Shown in pieces: positions 62,914 to 64,000 of a stretch of 64,000 nt of DNA. Every line of letters begins with the position of its first letter. Position 1 is the first letter of the stretch. The stretch comes from Octopus sinensis (Eukaryota). Made by a program: the position numbers and the translations under genes. The DNA is taken from NCBI RefSeq assembly GCF_006345805.1, contig NC_043000.1:64666001-64730000 (forward strand). Reading direction: 5' to 3'. The notes below the pieces were generated by a model. The model saw only the letters and a program-made list of their open reading frames with translations, was not told the origin of the DNA and did not search any database.

Positions 62914-64000
62914 CATCATCATCATTTAATGTCTGTTGTCTATGCTGGCATGGGTTGGATGGTTTGACCAGGTTTGGAAAGCTGGAAGGTTGCACCAGAC
63001 CCCATTCTTATTTGGCATGGTTTCTATGGCTGGATGCTCTTCCTAATGCCAACCACTCTGAAAGTGTAATGGGTGCTTTTACATGCCATCTGTGTGACAC
63101 TGGTATCTGCCATGACTGCAGTTTTGCTCGGTTCGATGGGTCTTCTTCTCAAGCATGACGTAATGCCAAAGGTCTCAGTCATTGCCTGCATGAAGCCCAA
63201 CACTGAAAAGCAGTTCAACCACATTGCCTCTGTGAAGCCCATTGCTTGAAAAGTGCTTTTTATATGCCAGTTACATTACACCAGCATCAGCCACGACTAC
63301 AATTTCACTTGGCTTGATGAGTCTTCTCAAGCACAGCATATCACCAAAGGTCTCAGTCACTAGTCATCGCCTCTGTGAGGCCCAAAGTTCAACAAATCTG
63401 CTTCACCACCTCATTGCAGGTCTTCTTGGGTCTACCTCTAACACAGGTTCCCTCCAATTAGAAATCGGCATTTCTTTACACAACTGTTGTCATCCATACA
63501 CATCACGTGACCATACCAGCACAGTTGTCTCTCTTGCACACCACAGCTGATGCCCCTTATGCCTAACTTTTCTCTCAAGATGCTTATACTCTGTTGAACA
63601 TGTATACTGACACTGCACATCTAGCAAAGTATACTGGCTTCATTTCTTTCAAGCCTGTGCATGTCCTTGGCTGTCACAGCCCATGTTTCACTGCCATGTA
63701 GTATAGCTGTTCGCACACAGGCATGCACCATACAATTTGCCTTTCAGTCAGAGAGAGGCTTTTTGTTGCCAGCAGAGGTAGGAGCTCTCTGGACTTCACC
63801 CAGCTTAATCTTATTCTCACAGCTACACTCTTGGAGCATCCACCTCCGCTACTAACTTGGTCACATAGATAATTGAAGCTGTCTACTACCTCTAGGTTAC
63901 CACCTGGTAGTTGATGGAGTTTATTTTCTGTACAATTTTGGTGTTTATTGTACCTGCGTATCTTCCACATACGAAAGCTATTTTCTCTGTAAACCTTCCT
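62914..64000 (-). mobile_element. RTE LINE 3' end (ORF C-terminus plus 3' UTR and (ATG)n tail), running off the window
   Basis: VVDSFNYLCDQVSSGGGCSKSVAVRIRLSWVKSRELLPLL and LREKLGIRGISCGVQERQLCWYGHVMCM, contiguous with the common ATG-tailed repeat. Confidence 0.88.

Overview
Eukaryotic, AT-rich, repeat-saturated genomic DNA. The repeat families (tRNA-headed SINEs with internal TA/CA microsatellites, RTE LINEs ending in (ATG)n) resemble those of coleoid cephalopods, most likely Octopus; this is an inference from recalled repeat consensus and was not checked by search. The only long ORF belongs to a young, apparently intact Ty3/Gypsy (Mag-like) LTR retrotransposon on the minus strand (36853-41386; 238-bp LTRs with 3 differences, 5-bp TSD TGGCC, tRNA-Leu PBS). 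The rest is decayed Helitron, Tc1/mariner/pogo, hAT- and TTAA-type MITEs, RTE and Jockey-like LINE remnants, many SINEs, microsatellites, and a U6 snRNA retrocopy fused to a SINE/LINE 3' tail. A few candidate host exons could not be assigned to a named gene. The most notable signal is a set of type I hammerhead ribozyme motifs in three different repeat families. One at 61918-61985 has a perfect core, full stems and Schistosoma-like tertiary-contact geometry, and sits inside a 347-bp-period direct repeat. Another family couples a tRNA-derived Pol III head to a hammerhead-bearing tail. The window also has five fold-back/palindromic structures, including a near-perfect 179-bp palindrome. Most short ORFs in the supplied track are microsatellite or antisense artefacts.
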